40,367 nt of DNA from Gemmatimonadota bacterium (lineage in GTDB: Bacteria > Gemmatimonadota > Gemmatimonadetes > Gemmatimonadales > GWC2-71-9), in NCBI GenBank assembly GCA_036679605.1, contig JAZDCZ010000162.1, positions 1 through 40,367 on the forward strand. The letters run 5' to 3'. The position numbers and the translations under genes were made by a program. The notes beneath the pieces are model-generated. The model worked only from the letters and a program-made list of their open reading frames with translations, was not told the DNA's origin and made no database searches. Positions 17,886 through 26,996 of the stretch are shown one piece after another (position 1 is the stretch's first letter; every line of letters begins with the position of its first letter).

Positions 17886-19984
17886 TGGCCAGATTGCCAC
17901 GATACGAAACGAATGTGATTAGCCAGGCTCCTCAAGCGAGTTCTGGTGCCGCTGAGGGCTACGCGGGTCTATCTGCACGGCTTGGTGCTTTTACGCAACA
18001 AGGGCTGAACATCTACGCCAAGCGGGTCGAGGCACAGGCACGCGAAGCCGGTCGGATCGCTGGGCAAGAAGGCAAGTACGAGCAGAAAGATGATAGGACG
18101 CTGGCGGCCGAGGCGTTCAACCACGCCAACAACTTGGCCTACCTGACCGGGGTTCACAACGACATTGCACTGAGCGTCCAGGAACACGAGGACAAGTACG
18201 ACGCTGACTCGGCCGGCTTCGAGGAATCTCTCAAGGGGTATGCCGACGGTCTGATTGGTAACGTTGCTCCCGAAATCCGGGCCGACGTCGAGGGGGAGAT
18301 CAACAACCGCCGTCGTAGCGCGTTGCTGCGCATCCGACAGAGGGAGCAGACCAACCAGGAAGCGACGCTGCGCGGTCAGTTCGAGGCAACCTACGCCATA
18401 CTGGAGAAGGATATCCTGACCGCTGCGCGTGACTTCGAGGGTAGCGGTGAGGGCCTGGCTACGGGAATGAGCAAGCTGGAGGCGCTGGTGGCCGGGCGGA
18501 TCGCTGTCGATCCTACCTACGCGGCCACGGGCGAGCGGGTGCTGGCTGATATCCGGCACCGCGCGACCTACCAAGGCTATCTCGGTGAGTTCGAAGGCGA
18601 GCGGCAGGCGGGGAGCGGCAAGGATTATCTCGACCAGGTGCTAGAGGACCGCTCGATTGACCCGAGGATAAAGGACCCACTGGTCCGTGACATGCGCGCG
18701 CAACTGAACGGCGACCGCATCGAGGCCGACCGTGTCACGCGTGAGGCTGCGGCCGTGCAGGATCGTCAGGTACGCGAGCTCAAGGCCGAGGTAACGAACA
18801 TGACGCGGTCGGTTGAGGCCGGTGTGGATATGCCCGAGGAGGCGGTGGTAGATCTACTGCGGCGTTCTGCTGGCCACGACTTTGGGCACAAGCTTTACCG
18901 CGCGTGGATGAGTTCCGAGGACACCCGAACGCTGCGGTATATGCCGGCGGTGGCTGTGGAGGGTGAACTAGAGAAGTACCGTGGTGCCGGATCGAAGTCT
19001 GATCTTGCCGCCTACCGGAAGAAAAAGGCCGTGGCGTTTGGCAAGAAGCATATTGCCGGGCTGACCGGTTCTAACCGCACTGACTACGTGCGCTCGCTCG
19101 GTACCGTCGAGGAGCCTGGGCCTGTGGACTTCTCCTCTAACGACGCACTGACGGCGACGATCAGTAACCGTGTTGCATGGGCGGAGGAGGCCGAGCGGTT
19201 GTACGGCGGCAGCTTTTCGGTGTTCGACTCGGCCGAACTGCACATGCTCAAGGGTGGATTCGACGACCTGGAGACGCGGCAGGAGCAAGTGCAGTGGCTG
19301 ACCACGATGAACCAGGAGCTCGGTCCCGATCGTATGCAGCCGGTGATGCGGGGGATGTATAAGCAAAAGGCCGAGCCATACGTCTTGGCCGGCGGGTTCG
19401 TGGCCGAGGGTGAGCCTGGTCTGGCCGAGAAGCTGCTACTGGGTACTGAGCGGCTTTCAGCGGGACAAGTGACCATGGACAGCACCTACAAGGACGAGGC
19501 CGCGGCCTACTTCGCCGGTGTCTTTCCCGGGCGGCCTGATACGCAAGCGCTGCTCACGCGCTCAGCCGTGGCTCTGTACGCCGCTGATGCCGAAGGTGGC
19601 AAGGCCGACGTGCTCGATTCTTCTCGCTTCGGAGAGATGCTCGATGCCGCTAGCGGCGGCGTAATTGACTACCAGGCTGATGATTCTTGGCTGCCCTTCG
19701 GTGAGGTCAACAGCCGGATCGTTTCACCACGTAGAGACTGGAACGCCGGCGACGTTGGTGACTGGATCGGCAGCCTTACCCCCGAGGACATCATCGCGAT
19801 GGGGGACGTTTCTGCCGGTGGCAGCGGGCCTGCGAGCGATGCGCAGCGCTCCGAGATTCTGGACCTGATTAAGAGCCGTGGACGTTTGGAGACTATAGAG
19901 CCGGGGGCGTATGCGGTGTGGGTGAACGGGGCTCGGCTGATTCAGCCGGATGGGGAGCCTTTTGTGCTGCGGTACGACGAGTAG
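17885..19984 (+). CDS. Internal virion (ejection) protein, gp15-like
   Basis: MARLPRY start, helical 699-aa protein, syntenic position. Confidence 0.7.
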   Translation: MARLPRYETNVISQAPQASSGAAEGYAGLSARLGAFTQQGLNIYAKRVEAQAREAGRIAGQEGKYEQKDDRTLAAEAFNHANNLAYLTGVHNDIALSVQEHEDKYDADSAGFEESLKGYADGLIGNVAPEIRADVEGEINNRRRSALLRIRQREQTNQEATLRGQFEATYAILEKDILTAARDFEGSGEGLATGMSKLEALVAGRIAVDPTYAATGERVLADIRHRATYQGYLGEFEGERQAGSGKDYLDQVLEDRSIDPRIKDPLVRDMRAQLNGDRIEADRVTREAAAVQDRQVRELKAEVTNMTRSVEAGVDMPEEAVVDLLRRSAGHDFGHKLYRAWMSSEDTRTLRYMPAVAVEGELEKYRGAGSKSDLAAYRKKKAVAFGKKHIAGLTGSNRTDYVRSLGTVEEPGPVDFSSNDALTATISNRVAWAEEAERLYGGSFSVFDSAELHMLKGGFDDLETRQEQVQWLTTMNQELGPDRMQPVMRGMYKQKAEPYVLAGGFVAEGEPGLAEKLLLGTERLSAGQVTMDSTYKDEAAAYFAGVFPGRPDTQALLTRSAVALYAADAEGGKADVLDSSRFGEMLDAASGGVIDYQADDSWLPFGEVNSRIVSPRRDWNAGDVGDWIGSLTPEDIIAMGDVSAGGSGPASDAQRSEILDLIKSRGRLETIEPGAYAVWVNGARLIQPDGEPFVLRYDE

Positions 19985-20327
19985 ACAGGAGTTCTTCGAA
20001 AAGTGGAACTATGGCCATCAACGTTAAAGCACCAATGAGTGCACCAAACACACGGGCGGCCCCGGGTCGGGGGAATAGGTACCAAAGTCCGCCGGCGATG
20101 ATAGCTCCGCAGGTAAGCAGGAGATTTGATTGAATGACTGTTTCGACGTCGTAGGAGTGTACGGTTGCTGCTCGGTAGACCGCTAACGCCGTCACGACTG
20201 CGACGGGAACCGTTAATGCAAGGCCCTGATGGTTAAGAAGACACATGCCAACTGAGCTAAGAAAGAGCACGAAGGTTGCGAGAATGGCGTTCCTCTCGTC
20301 GAAATCCGCGTGGCGGTTTAAATCCAT
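19893..20327 (-). CDS. Antisense moron encoding a protein with about four transmembrane helices
   Basis: ATG at 20327 (MDLNRHAD...); four hydrophobic segments; fills the gap between two ejection genes. Confidence 0.6.
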   Translation of the reverse strand: MDLNRHADFDERNAILATFVLFLSSVGMCLLNHQGLALTVPVAVVTALAVYRAATVHSYDVETVIQSNLLLTCGAIIAGGLWYLFPRPGAARVFGALIGALTLMAIVPLFEELLSTRRTAAQKAPHPAESAEPRSPTPHTPPAL

Positions 20328-20333
20328 GTCGCG

Positions 20334-20362
20334 ATTGTCTGCCTGCGGTATAGATAATTCAA
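20334..20362 (-). promoter_or_regulatory. Sigma70-like promoter for the moron, possibly leaderless
   Basis: Minus strand reads TTGAAT-N17-GACAAT-N6-ATG. Confidence 0.45.
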
Positions 20363-20368
20363 GACGCA

Positions 20369-23233
20369 ATGCGTAACTCCGTGTACAGCCTCTCTCGTGA
20401 CCGGGCCGAAACGACACAGCTACGAGGCCCAACCTTCGATCTGAGCCTCGATGGCGGTGTTGGTCTACGGGAGGTGGCAGGGGCTGCGTTCGAGTCCCGT
20501 GCGTTCTCATATCGCAGTATCAGTCGTTCGGAGAACCTGAAAGAGCGGATTGTGCCGCAGATGAGGCGCCTGGCGGAGCTTACCGGAAATTCGCAGTACG
20601 CGACGCTACTTGGCCGTGGCGGTGTTCCGGCGTTGGATGGTCTACCAGAGCTCCCGCGAGACTTCCGTGAGGTAGAGAGCACCTTTGCGGCCTCTAGCGA
20701 TCAGATTCTGGCGCTGCGTAAACAAGGAGCCAAGGACCTGAAAATCTACGAGGAGATCCAGGTCGACATTGCAGCTAAATCCGATCGACTCGATGCGCGA
20801 GCAGCAGACATGACGCGGCGAGGTGGACCGGGTGCGGGGGTGGCGGAGTTCTTTGGTGGTATGGCGGCGGTGATGGCCGATCCGATAAATCTGGCGCTAC
20901 TGCCGCTGGGGGCGACTGCGGGCGCTACGATTCTAAGAATTGCGATGACCGAGGCTGGGATCAATGTTATGGCGGAGGGGTTCATCCAGCCGTCTATCTG
21001 GTCCTACCAAAACGAGCTTGGCCGTGACTACGGGGCCAAGGATGTCATTGCAGCGCTGCTGATGGCCGCCGGCGGTGGTTTTCTATTCGGTGGTGCCATA
21101 GCCGGTGTACGTCGCGCCGCGCAGATTGCGGGCCTGCGTGGAAAGACTGGTGATCTGGCCAGCGCCTACCGCTTGGCGGTAGAGCAGGGCCGGATGGGCG
21201 CGACTTCTGAACTTAATGCTGCCGCCCGCGTATTCCGCGAGGCTGCTGACGTGGTCGATGAGTCGCCGATGCCTAGCGTAGATGCGCACCAGGTGGCGCT
21301 ACAGAGCGCTGAGGAGGCGCTACTGAGCGATGCGCCAGTGGACGTGTCGCCCGTTATCACGCCGCTGCGCGACCGACTGCAGGGGACTCTACAGACCGCC
21401 TTCGATCTGACCGACGACGAAGTAGAGGCAACGCTTACGGTAGCCGACTCCTTTGCTCAGCGATGGGCCCGTGATCGCGGTATGGAGCCCGGCGACTGGT
21501 ACGAGCAGGCCATCGCCGGGGTGACCAAGGGGGTGGTGCCGGAGAGCAAGGCCGCCCTGTTTCAGGCTCCGGATACGCCGGCGTTCCGCGCCTGGTTTGG
21601 GGATTCTGTTATGCGTGAGGGTGATGGCACGCCTCGTGTCGTTTACCATCAGACAGCGGCGGCCGTCGAGCCTGATATTTTAGAATCCGGCTTTGACATC
21701 ACGAAGGGGCGCGCTCGCCTTAGTGATGAGCGAGTGCCGGAAGGCTTTTTTTTCAAGCCGGATAAAAAGGACATCGGGGTTGGAGCTATAGGAAACGACG
21801 CGACCCAGGTCCCGGTCTATCTCTCTATGAAACGACCGTTTCGCGTCGAGTCGGCCGAGGAACTGCAATACAAAGTAGCCCTCGCCGATCCTGTCTATGG
21901 CGAGTTGGGCGCCGACTTACGCGAGCTCAACACCCGTGCGCGTACGGCGAACGCTGAAATCCAAAAGATGTACAGGCGCGGCCCTAAGGGAATGTCCCCG
22001 GTGCCCAGATCGGTGGAGTATGGGCGTCTGCTTAAAAAAGAGGAGGCGCAGGTCACCGCGTGGATAGCGGAGGAGCAAGTTGTTGCGACACGGATGCGGG
22101 AGCGTATCACTGCGTACCTAAAGGCAGGCGGTCATGACGGGGTTATAATTCTACATGATGCCGGCTCAGTGGGACGCAGGACGGAAACCTATGTCGTTCT
22201 TGAGCCCACGCAAATTAAGAGCGCGAACCTAAACCGTGGGACGTTCGACCCCACCAACCCGAGCTTAGTCCGTCAAGGCGTCAAGGGTGCAGTCGAGTTT
22301 CTGGAGGACGGACGCGCGGTGATACGCGCGTTGCACAACCCTGATGTGTCAACGGCGATGCACGAGCTCTCCCATGTGTTCCGTCGCAGTCTTTCCAATG
22401 AGCACCTAGCGGTAGCCTCGAAGTGGGCGGGCGTGGAACCGGAGAAGTGGACGGTACCGGCCGAGGAGAAGTTTGCGCGAGGGTTCGAGCGTTACCTACG
22501 GGATGGGAAGGCGCCAACGCCGGCCCTGCGAGAAGTGTTTGAGCGGTTCCGGGAGTGGCTGAAGGGTATCTATCGGACGATCAAGGGCACGCCGATTGAC
22601 GTGCAGCTCAATAAAGACATCCGGCGTGTGTTCACCGAAATGCTGGGCGGTAGAGTACCCGAGCCTGCGGTCAAGGGGCGCGCGGAACCGAAAACTTTGG
22701 TCGGTCATATCCTACGTCGAGGTGGAATCGACGCGAAGCTGGCCGGTAAGGACTTCAACATCCGCGAGGATTTTCAGCAGGCCGGCGCGTTCGGTGTCTT
22801 GCGTAAGGGTGGCCGGGGTCTGGACGACATGGCCCAAACGCTGCATGAGGAAGGAATCATCCAGGTGCCGTCGGACCGCGCGCCGGATGACTACCTTGTT
22901 GAACTACTGGGTACTGCCGAAGGGCGTCGCTCAGTAAAGGCGGCTGAACAGGTTACCGACGAAGCTGAACGGATGTCGGCTGAGTACGTACAAGGGCAAA
23001 ACGAGGACTTTGCCGCTGGCCGGATCGACGAGAACGCAGAGACAGCACGGGTTCATGACCAGTACGAGCAGCTGGTAGAGGACGATCTATCCGATGCTAT
23101 GGTTACCGACGGCGCAGAGCAGGCGACCGGAGAGCCTGTGTACCGTTCGGCTCGGGAGGCGGTTGATGAACTCGAAGAGGATAATAAATATCTGAGGGAC
23201 TTGGCTGCGTGTGTCCGTGGGGGTAAGAGGTAG
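20369..23233 (+). CDS. Large polyvalent internal virion protein with ART-like and HExxH metallopeptidase-like domains
   Basis: TPAFRAWFGDS...PRVVYHQT...GFFF...PVYL...GHDGVII...QIKS, then STAMHELSHVF...EEKFARGFERYL. Confidence 0.75.
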   Translation: MRNSVYSLSRDRAETTQLRGPTFDLSLDGGVGLREVAGAAFESRAFSYRSISRSENLKERIVPQMRRLAELTGNSQYATLLGRGGVPALDGLPELPRDFREVESTFAASSDQILALRKQGAKDLKIYEEIQVDIAAKSDRLDARAADMTRRGGPGAGVAEFFGGMAAVMADPINLALLPLGATAGATILRIAMTEAGINVMAEGFIQPSIWSYQNELGRDYGAKDVIAALLMAAGGGFLFGGAIAGVRRAAQIAGLRGKTGDLASAYRLAVEQGRMGATSELNAAARVFREAADVVDESPMPSVDAHQVALQSAEEALLSDAPVDVSPVITPLRDRLQGTLQTAFDLTDDEVEATLTVADSFAQRWARDRGMEPGDWYEQAIAGVTKGVVPESKAALFQAPDTPAFRAWFGDSVMREGDGTPRVVYHQTAAAVEPDILESGFDITKGRARLSDERVPEGFFFKPDKKDIGVGAIGNDATQVPVYLSMKRPFRVESAEELQYKVALADPVYGELGADLRELNTRARTANAEIQKMYRRGPKGMSPVPRSVEYGRLLKKEEAQVTAWIAEEQVVATRMRERITAYLKAGGHDGVIILHDAGSVGRRTETYVVLEPTQIKSANLNRGTFDPTNPSLVRQGVKGAVEFLEDGRAVIRALHNPDVSTAMHELSHVFRRSLSNEHLAVASKWAGVEPEKWTVPAEEKFARGFERYLRDGKAPTPALREVFERFREWLKGIYRTIKGTPIDVQLNKDIRRVFTEMLGGRVPEPAVKGRAEPKTLVGHILRRGGIDAKLAGKDFNIREDFQQAGAFGVLRKGGRGLDDMAQTLHEEGIIQVPSDRAPDDYLVELLGTAEGRRSVKAAEQVTDEAERMSAEYVQGQNEDFAAGRIDENAETARVHDQYEQLVEDDLSDAMVTDGAEQATGEPVYRSAREAVDELEEDNKYLRDLAACVRGGKR

Positions 23234-23235
23234 TT

Positions 23236-25746
23236 ATGGGCCGCGTCAACGATTGCATCGTCGAACTGCAGAAGAAGAAGGGATACGCTAACTCGCCGGC
23301 CGAGAAGCGGTTTAAGGCCCGCATAATGAAGCTACGTAAGGGCTTCGGAGAGCTCGACTACTGGGAGGAGGGCGTCGCTGTTACCGATGCACTCAAGGAC
23401 ACCGAGCGCCGCATCGCGAATGTAAAACGGCAGGCGGTGCTGATGTCTCATAGGTTTGCTGAGGCAAAAAAATACCGTGCGCCGAATACTGTCCTTACAC
23501 GGAATGTTCTACGGCTGAACGACGCCGTCGAGGCCGTGCGTGCGATGTTGACGCGTGACCCATGGGGCAAGGCGGCCTACCCGAACGTGTCGGATAATGG
23601 CGCAGCTTACCGCCGGCTGTTTTACTCCAAGTGGGGTGCGGAGTACCTGTCGAAAGCGCGAACGCACTGGGTCGGATTGACGCAAGACCGCGAGCATTTG
23701 TTTAACGTAGTCCGTGGGTTGTTCGGTGAGGATGTAAGCGATGCCGTGGCGGCTGGATCGGCGAAGGCGTACGGCGAGACTCGCGAGTTTGGGCGCAAGC
23801 TATTCAACCGCTTTGGCGGTGATATCCGGTTTCGTAAGGACCATGGAGCGCCGATGATTCACAAAGCGGCAAAGATACTGAAAGCTACCAAGGACGATTG
23901 GGTAGAGTTCTCGCTGCCGCATATGAATCCGTACCGCATGTTCGATGCCGTGGGCCAACCGATAGCTGACCGGCAGAACCTACTGAAACGCACGCTTGAG
24001 GCCGTCTATGACGGCTTTGCCACGCGCGGTGAAGGCGGAATCATCGAGGATTTTGCCTATCCCGCCACGGCCAACACGCGGCTTGACCCACGTGTGATGC
24101 AGTTTCGGAATGCGGACTCCTGGATCGCCTACAATGAGCGGTTCGGCGAGCCGGACATCTTTCGTACACTGACTTCCCACCTGGACGGTATGGCCCGCGA
24201 CATTGGCATGATGGAGGTGCTGGGGCCCAACCCGGAGGCTGGCGTACGGTCGCTGAAGAAACTCGCCGAGAAAAACGGTGCTAGCCAGCGGCAACTGAAG
24301 ATAATCGACAGAGAATGGGCTGTTGTATCCGGTAAGGTAAACCAGAACGGCGGTGTGACCCGGTTTGATGCCGAAGCAAATACCGAGGACGCGCCGACGT
24401 GGCTAGATCGTGTCTGGCGACGCCAGAGCTACGGTGGTGCCGGTCGCGGGATGCGACATTTGTTGATGGGTTCACAACTAGGGCGGGCGGTGTTCTCGAC
24501 AGTGACCGATCAGAACACGATGCGGATTACTGCGCACTTCAACGGTATGCCAGCAATGCGTATGTACAGCGAGGTATTGGCGCAGCTCAGCTCTGAGGAT
24601 CGTCGCCAGTTTGGTGTGATACTGGGCATGGGCGCGGAGAACTGGATGGACCGGAACATAGGGCTCCAACGCTTTGCCGAGGACGTTGGAGCGTCGGACC
24701 GACTGTCCCAGATGAGCAACTTCGTCATCCGGTCGAGTGGACTGAACGCGATAACCGACGCTAACCGTAAAGCGTTTGCGATTGTGTACTCACACACGCT
24801 TGCCAAGAACGTTAAGCGTACGCTTGGCGAGCTCGACGATAGCCTGCGTTCACGTATGGAATCGTCCGGGATCACGCCGGAGATCTGGGACATTATCCGC
24901 AGCTCCGAGCTCGTAACGCGCGACGGTGAGTCTTTCGTGTCGATGCAAAACGTACTTGAGAACAAGCAGCTCGATGTCTCGGAGGCCGTTCGTCTTGAGG
25001 CTTCCCAGCGTCTCTCGTCGATGATTATTCGAGAGAGCGAGTTTGCTGTGCCGACCTCGGACTTACGCGCGCGCGCGATGATGTTGCGCGAATCGAAGGT
25101 GAACACGCTAGAGGGGGAGTTTGCGCGAATGATCGGGCTTTACAAACAGTTCCCGTTCACGCTGCTGTATACGCACTACGCGCGCGCGTTGACAATGCCG
25201 GGCAAGTGGTCGCGCGCAAAGTACTTGTCTAACCTGTTCATTGGCAACACAATTCTTGGGGCACTGGCGATACAGGCTAAGGATCTGGCTAAAGGGAAAG
25301 ATCCGCGCCCAATGAATACTTGGAAGTTCTGGCTGGCGGCGATGGCCCAGGGCGGTGCTGTGGGAATTCTAGGTGATTTCGCATTTTCCAACGTAAACCG
25401 TTTTGGAGGCGGGTTGATCAAGACGGTTGCCGGCCCCGGCGCGCAGCTTGTCGACGATGCTTATGGCGTCGTCCAGCTCATGCTCAACGGCGACTTCGAG
25501 AAGATCCCGGCCGATATCCTCCGGTTCGCTGGCAAGTACACGCCCGGCCAATCCCTATGGTACGGCGGCCTGGCGATGCGTCGTCTGATCTTCGACCAAC
25601 TAGAGCAGCTGGCCGATCCGAAGCGGTACAATCAGTACCGGGCTCGAGAGAAACGGATGCGAACCCAGTACGGGCAGGAGTTTTGGTGGCGGCCAGGTCG
25701 GGCTACTCCATCGCGGCTTCCGAAGCCGGAGAACGTGGCCAGGTAA
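23236..25746 (+). CDS. Internal virion (ejection) protein, gp16-like
   Basis: YNERFG...EVLGPNP...GEFARMIGLYKQFP...GKDPRP...QGGAVGILGDF...YGQEFWWRPG. Confidence 0.8.
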   Translation: MGRVNDCIVELQKKKGYANSPAEKRFKARIMKLRKGFGELDYWEEGVAVTDALKDTERRIANVKRQAVLMSHRFAEAKKYRAPNTVLTRNVLRLNDAVEAVRAMLTRDPWGKAAYPNVSDNGAAYRRLFYSKWGAEYLSKARTHWVGLTQDREHLFNVVRGLFGEDVSDAVAAGSAKAYGETREFGRKLFNRFGGDIRFRKDHGAPMIHKAAKILKATKDDWVEFSLPHMNPYRMFDAVGQPIADRQNLLKRTLEAVYDGFATRGEGGIIEDFAYPATANTRLDPRVMQFRNADSWIAYNERFGEPDIFRTLTSHLDGMARDIGMMEVLGPNPEAGVRSLKKLAEKNGASQRQLKIIDREWAVVSGKVNQNGGVTRFDAEANTEDAPTWLDRVWRRQSYGGAGRGMRHLLMGSQLGRAVFSTVTDQNTMRITAHFNGMPAMRMYSEVLAQLSSEDRRQFGVILGMGAENWMDRNIGLQRFAEDVGASDRLSQMSNFVIRSSGLNAITDANRKAFAIVYSHTLAKNVKRTLGELDDSLRSRMESSGITPEIWDIIRSSELVTRDGESFVSMQNVLENKQLDVSEAVRLEASQRLSSMIIRESEFAVPTSDLRARAMMLRESKVNTLEGEFARMIGLYKQFPFTLLYTHYARALTMPGKWSRAKYLSNLFIGNTILGALAIQAKDLAKGKDPRPMNTWKFWLAAMAQGGAVGILGDFAFSNVNRFGGGLIKTVAGPGAQLVDDAYGVVQLMLNGDFEKIPADILRFAGKYTPGQSLWYGGLAMRRLIFDQLEQLADPKRYNQYRAREKRMRTQYGQEFWWRPGRATPSRLPKPENVAR

Positions 25747-25750
25747 CCTT

Positions 25751-25996
25751 TTACCCGATTGAAGACAAGAACGCCCGTGCGAGGTTAGCGGCATCGTCCG
25801 CTAGCTGACCGTCGCGCAGCGCTCCACTAACAAACTCTTTAGCATTGACGCCGGCGTGCTCGTCGGCGACACCAAGCGGAGTGCCGTCCTCGAGGACGAG
25901 TACGGGGATACCATAGCTCGAAGCGGCGTGCTCAGTAGTCAGTGTGGCGGTTAGAGTCCCAGTCGGGAGAGGGCGGGTGATGCTGATCTGTGTCAT
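25751..25996 (-). CDS. Small antisense moron protein (LTTEHAASSYGIPVLV)
   Basis: Strong RBS AAGGAGG 6 nt before the ATG; fills an intergenic gap. Confidence 0.7.
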   Translation of the reverse strand: MTQISITRPLPTGTLTATLTTEHAASSYGIPVLVLEDGTPLGVADEHAGVNAKEFVSGALRDGQLADDAANLARAFLSSIG

Positions 25997-26035
25997 GCGG
26001 AGCCTCCTTGGCGCGAGATACTACCTTAACCTCAC

Positions 26036-26067
26036 TGCTGTATCTATGCAGTCGCCGCCCTCGACGG
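26036..26067 (+). promoter_or_regulatory. Repeated element, copy 3
   Basis: Identical to 7448-7479; lies between the divergent moron and the tail fibre gene. Confidence 0.6.
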
Positions 26068-26095
26068 GTCGGTGAGCCGACAGTAGCGTCGGCCT

Positions 26096-26978
26096 GTGAG
26101 CGAGGTTCAGATTCCGGCAGCGTCGCCGCTCGTCAGTTATACGGGCGACAGTGTTCAAAACGTTTTCTCATTCCCGTACTACTTTGCCGCTGATACCGAC
26201 CTACGTGTGTACGTTGGTGGGGCGCTTGCGACTCTCGGGGTTGACTACGTAGCTACAGGTGTAGGAGTCGAGGCCGGCGGTGCGGTCGACTTTACGGGAC
26301 TGATGGGACCTCCAGCCGTTGCAGTCTCCGTGGTCATTGCACGGCAGACGGTTCCGGAACGGCTGTCGGACTTCACGACCGCTGGGGGGTTGTCGGCTCC
26401 GGCGATCAACACGCAGCTGGATGCGTTCGTAGTGATGCTGCAAGACATGGCGTTGCTTGTCGACCGGCTGCCTCAGTTCGCGTTGGCTGAAAGCCTCGCG
26501 GGGCTGGCGCTCAAGCTTCCGAAGCCGGTGCCCGGCTACTACTGGAAGTGGAAGGACGACGGCAGCGGTATTGAGTTCGCTCCGAGTGCCGGACTGCCGA
26601 CCCCAGGAGGCGGCCACATTCCTGAACGTCGCGCACGGTACACTAACAGCCAACGGCGGGCTGGTGAGTCCGGCCGTTGCAGTACCCATAGGTGCGCGTG
26701 TTACCCAGGTTGATATGGACGTCACCCAGGCGTTCGCCGGCCCCGGCACCCTCCGGCTGCGCGCGGGCTTCTCCGTGTTCGGCGACGCTCAACTCGTCGA
26801 GCTCTTTGGGAGTTCGATTCCAGTGGGGCACTACACGATTCGGCCCGGAGACTCCGAGGCCGGCCCCGATCTTGGAGCCTCGCTTACCGGCCAGCGGACG
26901 CTCAAGGTCATTACCGGGCACGCTCAGCCGGCCACAGCTGGCGCGGCGGACGTCACGATCTACTACACCCAGCTGTAA
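26096..26978 (+). CDS. Tail fibre/adaptor with T7 gp17-like N-terminal anchor, interrupted by a +1 frameshift near 26601-26604
   Basis: YTGDSVQNVFSFPY...DLRVYV...R.SDF...INTQLD in frame 1; a beta-rich domain continues in ORF 26457-26978. Confidence 0.75.
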
Positions 26979-26996
26979 GCGAGAGGGCAGAGCACT

